DNA of 64,000 nucleotides from Lysobacteraceae bacterium (GTDB lineage Bacteria; Pseudomonadota; Gammaproteobacteria; Xanthomonadales; Xanthomonadaceae): NCBI GenBank assembly GCA_031374725.1, contig JANMGT010000021.1, positions 28,923 to 92,922 of the forward strand, read 5' to 3'. Shown piece by piece: positions 36,453 to 45,732 of this stretch (position 1 is its first letter; each line of letters starts with the position of its first letter). The notes under the pieces were generated by a model. It saw only the letters and a program-made list of their open reading frames with translations, ran no database searches and was not told where the DNA came from. The position numbers and the translations under genes were made by a program.

Positions 36453-36755
36453 CTATTCATCCTCGACGTCATGTTGCCCATCCTCTGATTTCACCTCGAT
36501 GTGCTTCACACTTCTATACACGGCGCCACCATCAGGGAGAACGTTTCGTTCCAACGCGCCGCTGTGACACATGCTTTCCAGAGCGCGATGCACCAGCTCG
36601 ATCGGAAGATCGACGCCCATTTCCGGCAACCACCATTGAGCAACGCCTTGAGCATTGTCCGCAGCCGTTGGATGCTCGGCGACGTATCGTTCGATCGCCG
36701 CGATCGCACGCTCGATGCTCGAACGCTCCGCTGCAACCTGTGAACCTTCGCGCAT
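36453..36755 (-). CDS. Small winged-helix-like leader protein
   Basis: AGGAG RBS; YVAEHPTAADNAQGVAQWWL...VHRALESM...LER...DGGAVY. First gene after the sigma-54 promoter. Confidence 0.7.
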   Translation of the reverse strand: MREGSQVAAERSSIERAIAAIERYVAEHPTAADNAQGVAQWWLPEMGVDLPIELVHRALESMCHSGALERNVLPDGGAVYRSVKHIEVKSEDGQHDVEDE

Positions 36756-36788
36756 TACGAGCGCTCCTGTTACCGATAACGAGGATGT

Positions 36789-36805
36789 AGCAAATCGCAG
36801 GCCAA
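36789..36805 (-). promoter_or_regulatory. Sigma-54 (-24/-12) promoter of the eCIS operon
   Basis: Minus strand TTGGCCTGCGATTTGCT has exact GG-N10-GC spacing; predicted +1 about 36778, ~23 nt before the first ATG; AT-rich tract upstream (36844-36872). Confidence 0.78.
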
Positions 36806-36929
36806 CTTTTTTCGCTAACGACTGATTTCATCGAAACACGTCGATTTATTTATCTGATTCATTTTTTTAACAACGTGGTGATGGATACAAGCGACTGTTT
36901 TTATTGAACACAATTGTTGAACAGACGAG

Positions 36930-36945
36930 TGTGCGATCTGCGACA
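36930..36945. promoter_or_regulatory. Candidate upstream activator sequence (TGT-N10-ACA)
   Basis: tgt-gcgatctgcg-aca about 150-165 bp upstream of the predicted +1. The motif is short and could be chance. Confidence 0.25.
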
Positions 36946-37104
36946 TTGCGCATCGAACGGACGGACGAACGGTGCCTCTTGCGTTTCGCGAACACGATTT
37001 GCACACCGATTCTGCTGCGAGCGGGTCTGCGCCGACCCAGTCTCATTCTCGACCGGGTCGCGACTGACCCAGCGTGAGTATTGAAGGAATGCGAACGCTT
37101 TACT

Positions 37105-37393
37105 TAGCAGGTTGTTGAAATACCTCCACCCAGGAGGCATTTCAGTTCGCACGTCCGGCACATGTCTGGTACTTATCTAGCTGAGCTCATGGCGACAGCC
37201 TCGCGCGCGAGGCTGAATAGCGAAGCTGGCCCTGAGCGCAGCGAAGGGAGAGGCGTATCGCGCCGAATCATTAATCGCTTGCGCGCTTGCTTCGCCAGCG
37301 CAGCCATCCATGGCTGCGTGCCATGACTGCAGCCATGACTGCATGACCAGGCCGCTGAACACCTGCTGCTGCAGGTATTTCAGCAGTCCGCTA
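37105..37393. mobile_element. MITE-like element (285 bp plus flanking TA dinucleotides)
   Basis: Terminal inverted repeats gcaggttgttgaaatacct (37107-37125) and aggtatttcagcagtccgc (37373-37391), 15/19 identical, each flanked by TA; internal palindromes (ccctgagcgcagcgaaggg, cagccatccatggctg); no transposase. Confidence 0.65.
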
Positions 37394-37643
37394 GACCTTC
37401 CTCTTGGTTGGGCGCCATGCCCGTAACGTCAGTATCCGCACGATTGTCGTGACCACGATAAATAGCGAAGAAAAGCCGATGGCTTTGACTCGTTTTTTGC
37501 TAATTTAGCGGCAAGGCGTCGCGGGCGTACCCGCGCGATATCGTCACACTGCTTGGCGGCATATCGCAGCGTCGAACCACTGTCGCAATGGACCACAATA
37601 TCGTTAGCTTTTTGTGAGAATTGGTCGTTCGTCGTCGTCTTCG

Positions 37644-38753
37644 TCAAATGCCGTATTTCTTGAGCAAGCGGCCTAGCGTTCTGCGTTCTTTTCCCGCCAT
37701 GAAAGCGGCGCGCGTCACATTACCCGCTGCGGCAGACATCAATTGCCTTAGATACTCTTGTTCGAAATTTGAAAGTGCGCAGGCGCGTGCATCGTTGTAT
37801 TTTGGCAGCGATTTCGCCGACGCTGAATGACGCTGTTCCATACCATGCTGCTCCATACCATGCTGCGCTACACCACGCGGTTCTATACCATTCGATCGCA
37901 GGTGACGCGGCTCTTGCTCAGCCGACTCACCCCGTCGCACTGCGGCATCCGTCTTTGCCGACGGCAGCGGCGCGAATGTGATGCCTGCGTAGGGTCGCAG
38001 ATCAAGCGCAGCCGCATCCGACAACAATAAGGCGCGTTGCACGATATTGTCTAATTCTCGTACGTTTCCGGGCCAACGATACTCTGAGAGCCAACGTCGG
38101 CTGTCATCGGTTAACGGTCTGGCGTCCATGCCGTAGTGACGCGCATGACGCTGGATGAAATGCGCCGCCAATAGTTGCGCATCGCCATAGCGTTCCCGCA
38201 GCGGCGGCATTTCCAGCAACAGCACATTAATGCGGAACGCCAAGTCGTCGCGGAATGAGCCGTTATCGAGCATCTCATGCAACCGTGGGCTGGCTGCGGC
38301 GATGATCCTGACGTTGCTGAAACGTTCCTTTCGGCCGCCCACCGATCGATACGTCTTATCCTGCAGGAAACGTAATAGCGACACTTGAGCGCGCTGCGGC
38401 AAGGCATCTAACTCATCAAGGAATAGCGTGCCCCCTTCAGCAGCAGCGACCAAACCACTGGTTGCCTGACGTGCGTCGGTGAAAGCGCCGCGCTCGTATC
38501 CGAATAATTCGGTTTCGATGAGAGTCTCGGGGACAGCGCCGCAGTTCAATGCAACGAATGGCGCTTGGCGCCGTGATGAGAGATAGTGGATCGCACGCGC
38601 CGCGAGTTCTTTACCGGTGCCCGTTTCGCCCTGGATCAAGACCGGCGCGTCGTAGCGCGCCATGCGTTCGATCATCGTCAGCGACCGCATGAACGGTTCC
38701 GACCTACCAATCAGGTTCGGCAGTTCACTGACTGGCGACGGCGCCGTGGGCAT
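37644..38753 (-). CDS. Sigma-54-dependent enhancer-binding protein (AAA+ plus Fis HTH, no sensory domain)
   Basis: GETGTGKE, FVALNCGA, LFGYERGAFTDA, GTLFLDE, WPGNVREL, C-terminal GNVTRAA HTH. Confidence 0.95.
   Translation of the reverse strand: MPTAPSPVSELPNLIGRSEPFMRSLTMIERMARYDAPVLIQGETGTGKELAARAIHYLSSRRQAPFVALNCGAVPETLIETELFGYERGAFTDARQATSGLVAAAEGGTLFLDELDALPQRAQVSLLRFLQDKTYRSVGGRKERFSNVRIIAAASPRLHEMLDNGSFRDDLAFRINVLLLEMPPLRERYGDAQLLAAHFIQRHARHYGMDARPLTDDSRRWLSEYRWPGNVRELDNIVQRALLLSDAAALDLRPYAGITFAPLPSAKTDAAVRRGESAEQEPRHLRSNGIEPRGVAQHGMEQHGMEQRHSASAKSLPKYNDARACALSNFEQEYLRQLMSAAAGNVTRAAFMAGKERRTLGRLLKKYGI
37833..37892. repeat. 15-bp in-frame tandem repeats (x4, degenerate) in the bEBP linker
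   Basis: NGIEP-RGVAQ-HGMEQ-HGMEQ. Confidence 0.75.
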
Positions 38754-39223
38754 GGCTACTCCTTCTGCATCTTGAGCACGACATGGTGAATATTAGCGTT
38801 CGCAGCCGCGAGTGAAGCGTCGTTTCGCGTTGGCCGCGCCCGTGCAGGCATCCTGTGTAGTGTCTTCTTGCAGGTCGCCGCGAGGCTGCACTGGAAGCCC
38901 CAGTACAGCCTTCGCGGACGACCGTCGCCGGAACCTAGGTATCGCAGGCCCACCCCTGCGATACGAACATTTCGGCTGACAACACGCTAAACGCGAGTTG
39001 CGACGACCAGCGGCCACAAGCCCAAGTTCAGTCGCCCATGCCGCAGTCGGGGGCCGCAGCCGGGGGCGTGATTGGGGGATATTGCCAGTGATCGATGCCG
39101 GGCTATGACCGCCCTGCACCGTATCGCCACTCGTTGAGGATAGTGACCGATGCTATTGTGCAGAAAGATGATGTCGATCAAACGACCGCATCGCAACGAC
39201 AGTTTGCACGTGCCGCACGGCTG

Positions 39224-39706
39224 TCACAGGCCTTTGCAAACGTCCCATACCGCGCCGTCGAGTTCGCGCATCATGGCGAAAGTACGCTTGAGCCCAGCCC
39301 GTTTCACGGCGGATTCGCGTTTCGCTTTAGCTATTTCGCAGTGCGATGGGGTGTTCGGCGTCTGGCGAACGGACACCACGCGCAGCGCTGCCGGATTGAC
39401 GCGATTGCGGCGATCCATCTCCTGCTCAATGGCGCGACGATGCGCAGCCAACGCCGGATCGATGGTGTGCGAGGTATACCGGCGGGTGGCAGTGGTGCGT
39501 AGTTCAGGTGCGCATGCCGTGTCTTGATAGCTCACACTGCCATTGGCATCGACGCAGCGGTAGATCGTGCCCTGCGTTCCGGCCGCTGCCGGGCCGATGC
39601 ACGCGCATAGCGTTGCCGTTACCAGGAGTAGCATCAGCAACGTTGAAGCAAAGCGAGAAAGCTCGGAGGCGCTGGCGTTCTGCGTGGTGTAGTGTTGGTG
39701 TTGCAT
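39224..39706 (-). CDS. Secreted DUF4124-domain protein
   Basis: Signal peptide followed by IYRCVDANGSVSYQDTAC. Confidence 0.8.
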   Translation of the reverse strand: MQHQHYTTQNASASELSRFASTLLMLLLVTATLCACIGPAAAGTQGTIYRCVDANGSVSYQDTACAPELRTTATRRYTSHTIDPALAAHRRAIEQEMDRRNRVNPAALRVVSVRQTPNTPSHCEIAKAKRESAVKRAGLKRTFAMMRELDGAVWDVCKGL

Positions 39707-39875
39707 GATCGAGTTCCTGTGTCTGTGATGGTCACAACAGACTAAGGACCGATGGATTCTGGGCGTATCGGGAAGGGCCGCGTTGGTTTGTCAGAAAAAT
39801 CCGATAGCGGTATTGCAGCGGTTTCGGCTGCAGTGCCTGTTCTTAACTCCTTCTTAGCTCTTTCTTAAGCGACCC

Positions 39876-40274
39876 TCAGCTTGTTTTGAGGCTGCCAGCG
39901 AGCCGCGCACCGATCCAAATCAGAAGCAGGCCCGCGACCAGACTTGTTGCCAAATACGTCAGCATGAGACTAGTGCGGTTCGACTTCGCGAACAACAGAC
40001 ATTCGAGCATCAGCGCGGAGTACGTGGTGAGCCCGCCGAGGACGCCGACGATCAAAAACGAGCGCCAGTACAGCGCCGATGGCCCCCTGCCCTCCAGCCA
40101 AATCGCAATGAAGCCAGCGGCGAAGGCGCCGATCAAGTTCGCTGCGAAGGTGCCCCATGGCCAACCATCGCCTAGCCGCCGCAACAGTTGCCCACCTAGC
40201 CAAAAACGGCCCATGGCGCCAAGCGCGCCGCCCATGGCAACTAGCAGCAGTTGGTGCCACCAGATCGTCATCAT
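39876..40274 (-). CDS. crcB: Fluoride efflux channel FluC/CrcB
   Basis: GGALGAMGR, PWGTFAANLIG, GVLGGLTTYS; four TM segments. Confidence 0.93.
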   Translation of the reverse strand: MMTIWWHQLLLVAMGGALGAMGRFWLGGQLLRRLGDGWPWGTFAANLIGAFAAGFIAIWLEGRGPSALYWRSFLIVGVLGGLTTYSALMLECLLFAKSNRTSLMLTYLATSLVAGLLLIWIGARLAGSLKTS

Positions 40275-41704
40275 TCTTTCGACAGCTTTGCCGCATCTTG
40301 CGCTGTTGCCCGTTCGGCGCGCAGACGATCGAGTTTTTCTTTCAATTTCAGCTCAAGCCCGCGTTCGACCGGCCGATAGTAGACGCGTTCGCCCATCGCA
40401 TCGGGAAACCCGGTTTGTTCCAGCGCCACGCCGCCTTCGGCATCGTGGTCGTATCGGTAGTCTTTGCCGTAGCCGATCGCTTTCATCAGCTTGGTCGGTG
40501 CGTTGCGTAGGTGCAGCGGCACGTCTTGCGTGCCGTATTCGACGACATCGCGCTTGGCCGCAGCAAACGCTTTATAAGCGGCGTTGGATTTCGCAGTGCT
40601 GGCCAAGTAGATGACCAGTTGCGCGAGCGCAAGCTCGCCTTCGGGACTGCCAAGCCGATCGTATGCGTCCCAAGCGTCGATCGCCATTTGCAGCGCGCGT
40701 GGGTCGGCTAAGCCGATGTCTTCCACCGCCATGCGCGTGAGCCTGCGCGCGAGATAGATCGGATCGCAACCGCCGTCGAGCATCCGCGCCAGCCAGTACA
40801 CCGCAGCGTCAGGGTTCGAGCTGCGGACCGATTTATGCAATGCGGAAATCTGGTCGTAAAATTGCTCGCCGCCTTTATCGAAGCGGCGCGTGCGATCGGC
40901 CAATACCTGCTGCAGGATTTCATCGGTGATGCTTCCACCGCGCGGCTCGTTATTGTCTTTTCCGGCGTCATCAGTGCCCTCCTCGTCCACCCGACTTTCA
41001 CCAGCAAGCTCCGCGGCGATCTCCAACAGCGTCAGCCCGCGGCGTACATCGCCATCGGCTGCGGTGGCGATCAGCAGGAGTTGCCCCGCCCCGATGCGCA
41101 GGCCACGGCCGCCAAGACCATGTTCGAAGTCGTCCAGGGCGCGCTGCAGCGCAACGACGATGTCATCGGCCGATACCGCCTCCATCACATGCACGCGACA
41201 GCGCGAAAGCAGCGCCGAGTTCAGCTCGAAAGACGGGTTTTCGGTAGTGGCGCCGACGAACAAAATCGTGCCGCGCTCGATATGCGGCAGAAAGGCGTCT
41301 TGTTGGGTCTTGTTGAAGCGGTGCACCTCGTCCACGAACAGGACGGTACGGCGACCTTCGGCAAAACGATGCCCTGCTTCGGCCAACACTTGGCGGACCT
41401 CGGGTAGCCCGGACAGTACCGCCGAAATCGCCTTGAACTCGGCGTCTGTGTACTGCGCCAATAGCAGCGCCAGCGTGGTTTTGCCGCAGCCGGGCGGCCC
41501 CCACAAAATCATCGAATGCGCGTGACCGGTTTCGATCGACTGGCGCAGCGCGGTGCCCGGCGCCAGCAGCCGACGCTGGCCAACCATATCGTCGAGCGTG
41601 CGCGGGCGTATGCGTTCGGCGAGCGGGCGCAAACCGTCCTGATCGGCGTGCAGCAGATCGCGTTCGGCATTGGGTAAAGCGCTGCGTTTGGCCACGCGAG
41701 GCAA
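40271..41704 (-). CDS. rarA: Replication-associated recombination protein A (RarA/MgsA)
   Basis: PLAERIRP, GPPGCGKTT, LFVDEVHRFNKTQQD, FYDQISALHKSVR, VPLHLRNAPT. Confidence 0.96.
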   Translation of the reverse strand: MPRVAKRSALPNAERDLLHADQDGLRPLAERIRPRTLDDMVGQRRLLAPGTALRQSIETGHAHSMILWGPPGCGKTTLALLLAQYTDAEFKAISAVLSGLPEVRQVLAEAGHRFAEGRRTVLFVDEVHRFNKTQQDAFLPHIERGTILFVGATTENPSFELNSALLSRCRVHVMEAVSADDIVVALQRALDDFEHGLGGRGLRIGAGQLLLIATAADGDVRRGLTLLEIAAELAGESRVDEEGTDDAGKDNNEPRGGSITDEILQQVLADRTRRFDKGGEQFYDQISALHKSVRSSNPDAAVYWLARMLDGGCDPIYLARRLTRMAVEDIGLADPRALQMAIDAWDAYDRLGSPEGELALAQLVIYLASTAKSNAAYKAFAAAKRDVVEYGTQDVPLHLRNAPTKLMKAIGYGKDYRYDHDAEGGVALEQTGFPDAMGERVYYRPVERGLELKLKEKLDRLRAERATAQDAAKLSKE

Positions 41705-41897
41705 GTCTGAAAGGAAAGTCGAGCTCTAAGATACCAGCCTGAGGAAACTCTGATTAATTCAGGGGTTTCGCGCACCATCGTAGACGCGCTGACGACAACC
41801 GCAGCGTGTGCGCGCGGCAAGAAAACGCCGCAGCCGGCCCGGGGTGAGGCGCGCAGCGCCGAGTCATCACACATGCAAGTGCTTGATTCGGCAGAAC

Positions 41898-42521
41898 TCA
41901 GCTTCCACCGACTACATCGGTGCCCTTGGGCGGCGTAAAGCGGAAGGTCTTGGCGGGAAATTTTGGATTGCGCTTCCAGCCGCTGAAGACGATCTCGGTG
42001 CGCTGGCCGAGAGTATCGAGCACTTCCATCCGTGCAAGGCCTGTCTTATCGAAACCCAGCCGCGCGCTTTGGAAGCTGGCGTTCTCGGTTTGTTTCGGCG
42101 TGAGTTCCAACCAATCCAGACCCGAGGCGGTGCCGGCATCCTTGACGTTGAAATCGCGATCCAGGCGCTGCGGGTCGGTCAATGCGGCAAGCGGACTCGT
42201 CTGCTCTTCCGCCCCCTGCGAGCGCACGCTGGCTTGCTTGAGGTCTGGGTCGTACACCCAGACGTGTTTGCCGTCGGCGATGATTAACTGCGGAAACGGC
42301 TTCAGATACTCCCATCGGAACAAACGCGGCGCGGACATCGCCACCCGGCCGCTCGTGCTTTCTTTGCGCTTGCCCTTGTTGTCGAACACCTGCTGAGCGA
42401 ACTGCCCTTCCAGGCCCTTCAAGCCTTTGGTGAAGCTACCGAGCGAATTGCGGCCGCTACCGGCTGCGCTGCCGGCAAACGCAAACATGAATACTAGAAA
42501 AGCGGCGATGCGGAGAATCAT
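41898..42521 (-). CDS. lolA: Outer-membrane lipoprotein chaperone LolA
   Basis: Signal peptide; FRWEYLKPFPQLIIADGKHVWVYDPDL; FRFTPPKGTDVV; conserved ftsK-lolA-rarA order. Confidence 0.95.
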   Translation of the reverse strand: MILRIAAFLVFMFAFAGSAAGSGRNSLGSFTKGLKGLEGQFAQQVFDNKGKRKESTSGRVAMSAPRLFRWEYLKPFPQLIIADGKHVWVYDPDLKQASVRSQGAEEQTSPLAALTDPQRLDRDFNVKDAGTASGLDWLELTPKQTENASFQSARLGFDKTGLARMEVLDTLGQRTEIVFSGWKRNPKFPAKTFRFTPPKGTDVVGGS

Positions 42522-42774
42522 GCGTGTAGTCCAAGCAAAGTTGCGGAGAGTCTGATGGTTGAAAGCTGAATATCGATTGCACGTGCCGAGTCAGCGGTCC
42601 ACAGAAGAGCGCCACGCTTGATACCCGACACGTTTCGACGGCGCACTGCCTGCCGCCCATTCCGTCTTGAACCAAGACGGCATTCGTTAAGCATCAAGCC
42701 CACGCATCGGATGATGGCAAAGGCCCGTCACGCGCCGGGCCTTCCTGCGTCCGCATGCCAGTTGCATGTTCGGA

Positions 42775-45129
42775 TCACCTCGGCGGCGGTGGTGCCAGCA
42801 CCGAACGATCGCCGTTATGTTCTGGCGGGGTCACGATGCCTGCCGCTTCCATCGCTTCGATCAATCGCGCGGCGCGGTTGTAGCCGATCTTGAGCCTGCG
42901 CTGCACGCCTGAGATCGACGCGCGCCGCGTTTCGGTGACGATTTTCACCGCTTCGTCGTACAGCGGGTCGCTTTCGTCGCCCCCGCCCCCGCCGCTTTCG
43001 GGCAGGCCGGTCGGGCCGACGATCACGCCGTCGCCCATCGTCTGCATTTCTTCGAGCACGCCTTTGACATAATCCGGCGCGCCGCCGATCTGCTTGAGAT
43101 TCTCGACCACGCGATGCACTTCTTCGTCGCTGACGAACGCACCATGCACGCGCTCGGGCATCGCCGTGCCCGGCGGCAAATAGAGCATATCGCCGTGGCC
43201 GAGCAGCGTTTCTGCGCCGCTTTGATCCAAAATCGTCCGCGAGTCGATCTTGCTCGACACTTGGAACGCGATGCGGGTCGGAATATTCGCCTTGATTAAA
43301 CCGGTGATGACGTCCACCGACGGCCGCTGCGTCGCCAAAATGAGATGAATGCCTGCGGCACGCGCTTTCTGCGCCAGACGCGCAATCAATTCCTCCACCT
43401 TCTTGCCGACGATCATCATCATGTCGGCGAATTCGTCGATGAAGATGACGATGAACGGCATCGGCTCCAGCGTTGGCGGCGCTTCCTGCACATCCGGATT
43501 GGGGCGGAACAGCGGATCCAGCAGCGGCTGGCCGGCGTCCAGCGCATCCTTCACTTTCTTATTGAAGCCAGCGAGATTGCGCACGCCAACCGCACTCATC
43601 AGTTTGTAGCGGCGTTCCATCTCGGCCACACACCAACGCAGACCGTTCGCGGCCTCCTTCATGTCGGTCACGACCGGCGCCAGCAGATGCGGAATGCCCT
43701 GATAGACGCTGAGCTCCAGCATCTTCGGGTCGATCATCAGCATCCGCAGTTCTTTCGCGCTGGCCTTGTACAGCAGCGACAGCACCATCGCGTTCACCGC
43801 GACCGATTTGCCGGAGCCGGTGGTGCCGGCCACCAGCAGATGCGGCATGCGCGCGAGATCGGCGACGGTCGGCCGCCCGGCGATGTCCTTGCCCAGCGCC
43901 AGCGTCAGCGGGCTCGCGGATTTGTCGTATTCCTTCGAGCGCAACAGTTCGCTGAGATAGATCATCTCGCGCTTGGTGTTCGGCGTTTCCAGGCCGATCA
44001 CCGACTTGCCGGGAATCACATCGACCACGCGCACCGATTTCACACTCAGTCCCCGAGCGATATCCTTATCGAGCGAACTGATTTGACTGACCTTCACCCC
44101 GGGCGCGGGCGCGATTTCGAAACGCGTGATGACCGGCCCCGGATACGCGCCGACGACCTGGGCATCGATGCGGAAGTCCTTGAGCTTGAATTCGATCTGG
44201 CGCGAGATGGTTTCCAGCGTGTCCTCGTCGTAACCCTTGGGTTGCGGCTTCGGATCATCCAGCAGCGACAGCGGCGGAATGCCTGTGCCGCCGGCGACAT
44301 TGAATAGCGGGATCTGCTGCTCGCGCTTGGCGCGCTCGCTCTTTTCCACCACTGGCGCTGGCGGCGGCTCGATTTTCACCGGTTCGCGCTTCGCGCGCTT
44401 CTCAGTGTCCGCCTTGCGCACTTCCTCGCGTTCCTCACGCATTGCGCGCGTCGCCTGCCATTCGGCGGCTTGTTGACTGCTCTTGCGGAATAACGGCGGA
44501 ATCTTCAACACCCACCCGCCGATCTTGTCCATCACCGTCAGCCACGACAGGCCGGTCGCGAGTGTCACCGCGATCAGAAACAGCGCGATCAAGAACAGAT
44601 TGCCGCCGATCATGCCGAACGCATTCAGCAGCGAATCGCCGACCAGTTGACCGAGAATACCGCCCGCACGTGCCGAGAAACCCGTGGCTGCGCCGACCTT
44701 CAACTGCAGCAACCCAGTGCTGGCGATCAAGAACCCGACGATGCCGATAAGACGCAACGCGGGGCCAAGGTCAGCCTCGCCATCGCCGTCGGTATCCATC
44801 CCGAACAGCGCGATCCAGGCGATCGCACCCAAAATGAACGGAAGGACGAAAGCGACGTAGCCGCACAGGTACAGCAGCACATCGGCCAGAAACGCGCCGA
44901 CCCGTCCGCCGGCATTGTTCAGCGGCGCGGTGACGCTGCCCGAATGCGACCAACCCGGGTCGCTGGGCGAGAACGTGTACAGCGTGACGAGCAGATACAG
45001 CAAGAACGGCGCAATCACAATCATCGCGATGTCGCGCATCAAGCGCTGACGGCGCGGATTCGGTTTCGCCGCCTCGGCGGGCTCCCGGCGTTTCTGTTTA
45101 CCGCTGCGTTCGGAAATTTCGCGAGCCAC
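42775..45129 (-). CDS. ftsK: DNA translocase FtsK
   Basis: N-terminal TM domain; [28 protein letters not shown]; gamma domain with [17 protein letters not shown]. Confidence 0.97.
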   Translation of the reverse strand: MAREISERSGKQKRREPAEAAKPNPRRQRLMRDIAMIVIAPFLLYLLVTLYTFSPSDPGWSHSGSVTAPLNNAGGRVGAFLADVLLYLCGYVAFVLPFILGAIAWIALFGMDTDGDGEADLGPALRLIGIVGFLIASTGLLQLKVGAATGFSARAGGILGQLVGDSLLNAFGMIGGNLFLIALFLIAVTLATGLSWLTVMDKIGGWVLKIPPLFRKSSQQAAEWQATRAMREEREEVRKADTEKRAKREPVKIEPPPAPVVEKSERAKREQQIPLFNVAGGTGIPPLSLLDDPKPQPKGYDEDTLETISRQIEFKLKDFRIDAQVVGAYPGPVITRFEIAPAPGVKVSQISSLDKDIARGLSVKSVRVVDVIPGKSVIGLETPNTKREMIYLSELLRSKEYDKSASPLTLALGKDIAGRPTVADLARMPHLLVAGTTGSGKSVAVNAMVLSLLYKASAKELRMLMIDPKMLELSVYQGIPHLLAPVVTDMKEAANGLRWCVAEMERRYKLMSAVGVRNLAGFNKKVKDALDAGQPLLDPLFRPNPDVQEAPPTLEPMPFIVIFIDEFADMMMIVGKKVEELIARLAQKARAAGIHLILATQRPSVDVITGLIKANIPTRIAFQVSSKIDSRTILDQSGAETLLGHGDMLYLPPGTAMPERVHGAFVSDEEVHRVVENLKQIGGAPDYVKGVLEEMQTMGDGVIVGPTGLPESGGGGGDESDPLYDEAVKIVTETRRASISGVQRRLKIGYNRAARLIEAMEAAGIVTPPEHNGDRSVLAPPPPR

Positions 45130-45507
45130 CGTATCGGAATACCTTGAAGAAATGTGTCTAGAGGGTTGATCTTACAGGGATATATCTCGACGTGGACCAT
45201 CTGATCGAGAAAGTGACTCAGCCTGCGGACACCAACCAAGGAAGGTCTGAATAATGCCATCGTAGCGTTATTCAGACAGTGCGAACCCAAGCCAAACCCT
45301 GTCCGTTCTGGCCGAATCAAGCACTTACGTGCTTGATTCGCGAGCGTGCCTGCTGTGGCGCACGGTAACCGCTGACTGCATCAAAGGTTCCCAGGAAGAC
45401 GTCGATACCGGATCAACGGCCGCTATTTTGGCACCGGAAACGCTTGGCGACTTGCCCCTGCTATCGATTCGAGCACCGCGGTGCTACCGCTTTTGCAACG
45501 GCTGCCG

Positions 45508-45547
45508 CTTATCGCGGCGACTTATCGCGGCGACTTATGGCGGCGAC
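45508..45547. repeat. 13-bp intergenic tandem repeat x3
   Basis: cttatcgcggcga x2 plus cttatggcggcga. Confidence 0.85.
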
Positions 45548-45732
45548 CCACTTTTCTAATAAGAAAATCAATTACATGCGTATCCGTCTTGGCCAGCGAG
45601 CCAAACAGCGAGCCGATGATGACGTCGTCACCCGTGCCATCGGTCATAGCGCTCTCCTGGTGAGTTACTGTTATAGTTACATATAACACCAAACCACAGG
45701 CCGTCACTAACGGCGCAGACGGAGAACGGCAC

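Noticed and set aside
1081-36755. Prophage or T6SS interpretation
   Set aside because: No capsid, portal, terminase or integrase; no TssJ/L/M, TssA or ClpV. DUF4255, Afp15-like ATPase and DUF4157 point to eCIS.
36812-36872. Exact IHF site
   Set aside because: Only near-matches to WATCAR-N4-TTR (e.g. AATCAGTCGTTAG), so it is noted only as an AT-rich tract.
36901-37647. Small minus-strand ORFs (86, 61 and 72 aa) between the bEBP and the promoter
   Set aside because: They overlap the MITE and regulatory DNA and have no recognisable motifs. The 72-aa ORF has an ATGA overlap with the bEBP and cannot be fully excluded.
38756-38953. 65-aa ORF just upstream of the bEBP as a lost sensory domain
   Set aside because: No receiver, GAF or PAS features; its 3' end simply contains the bEBP RBS.
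41744-41769. Palindrome gaaactctga-ttaat-tcaggggtttc upstream of rarA as an SOS box
   Set aside because: It does not match a LexA box I can support and has no U-tract; function unassignable.
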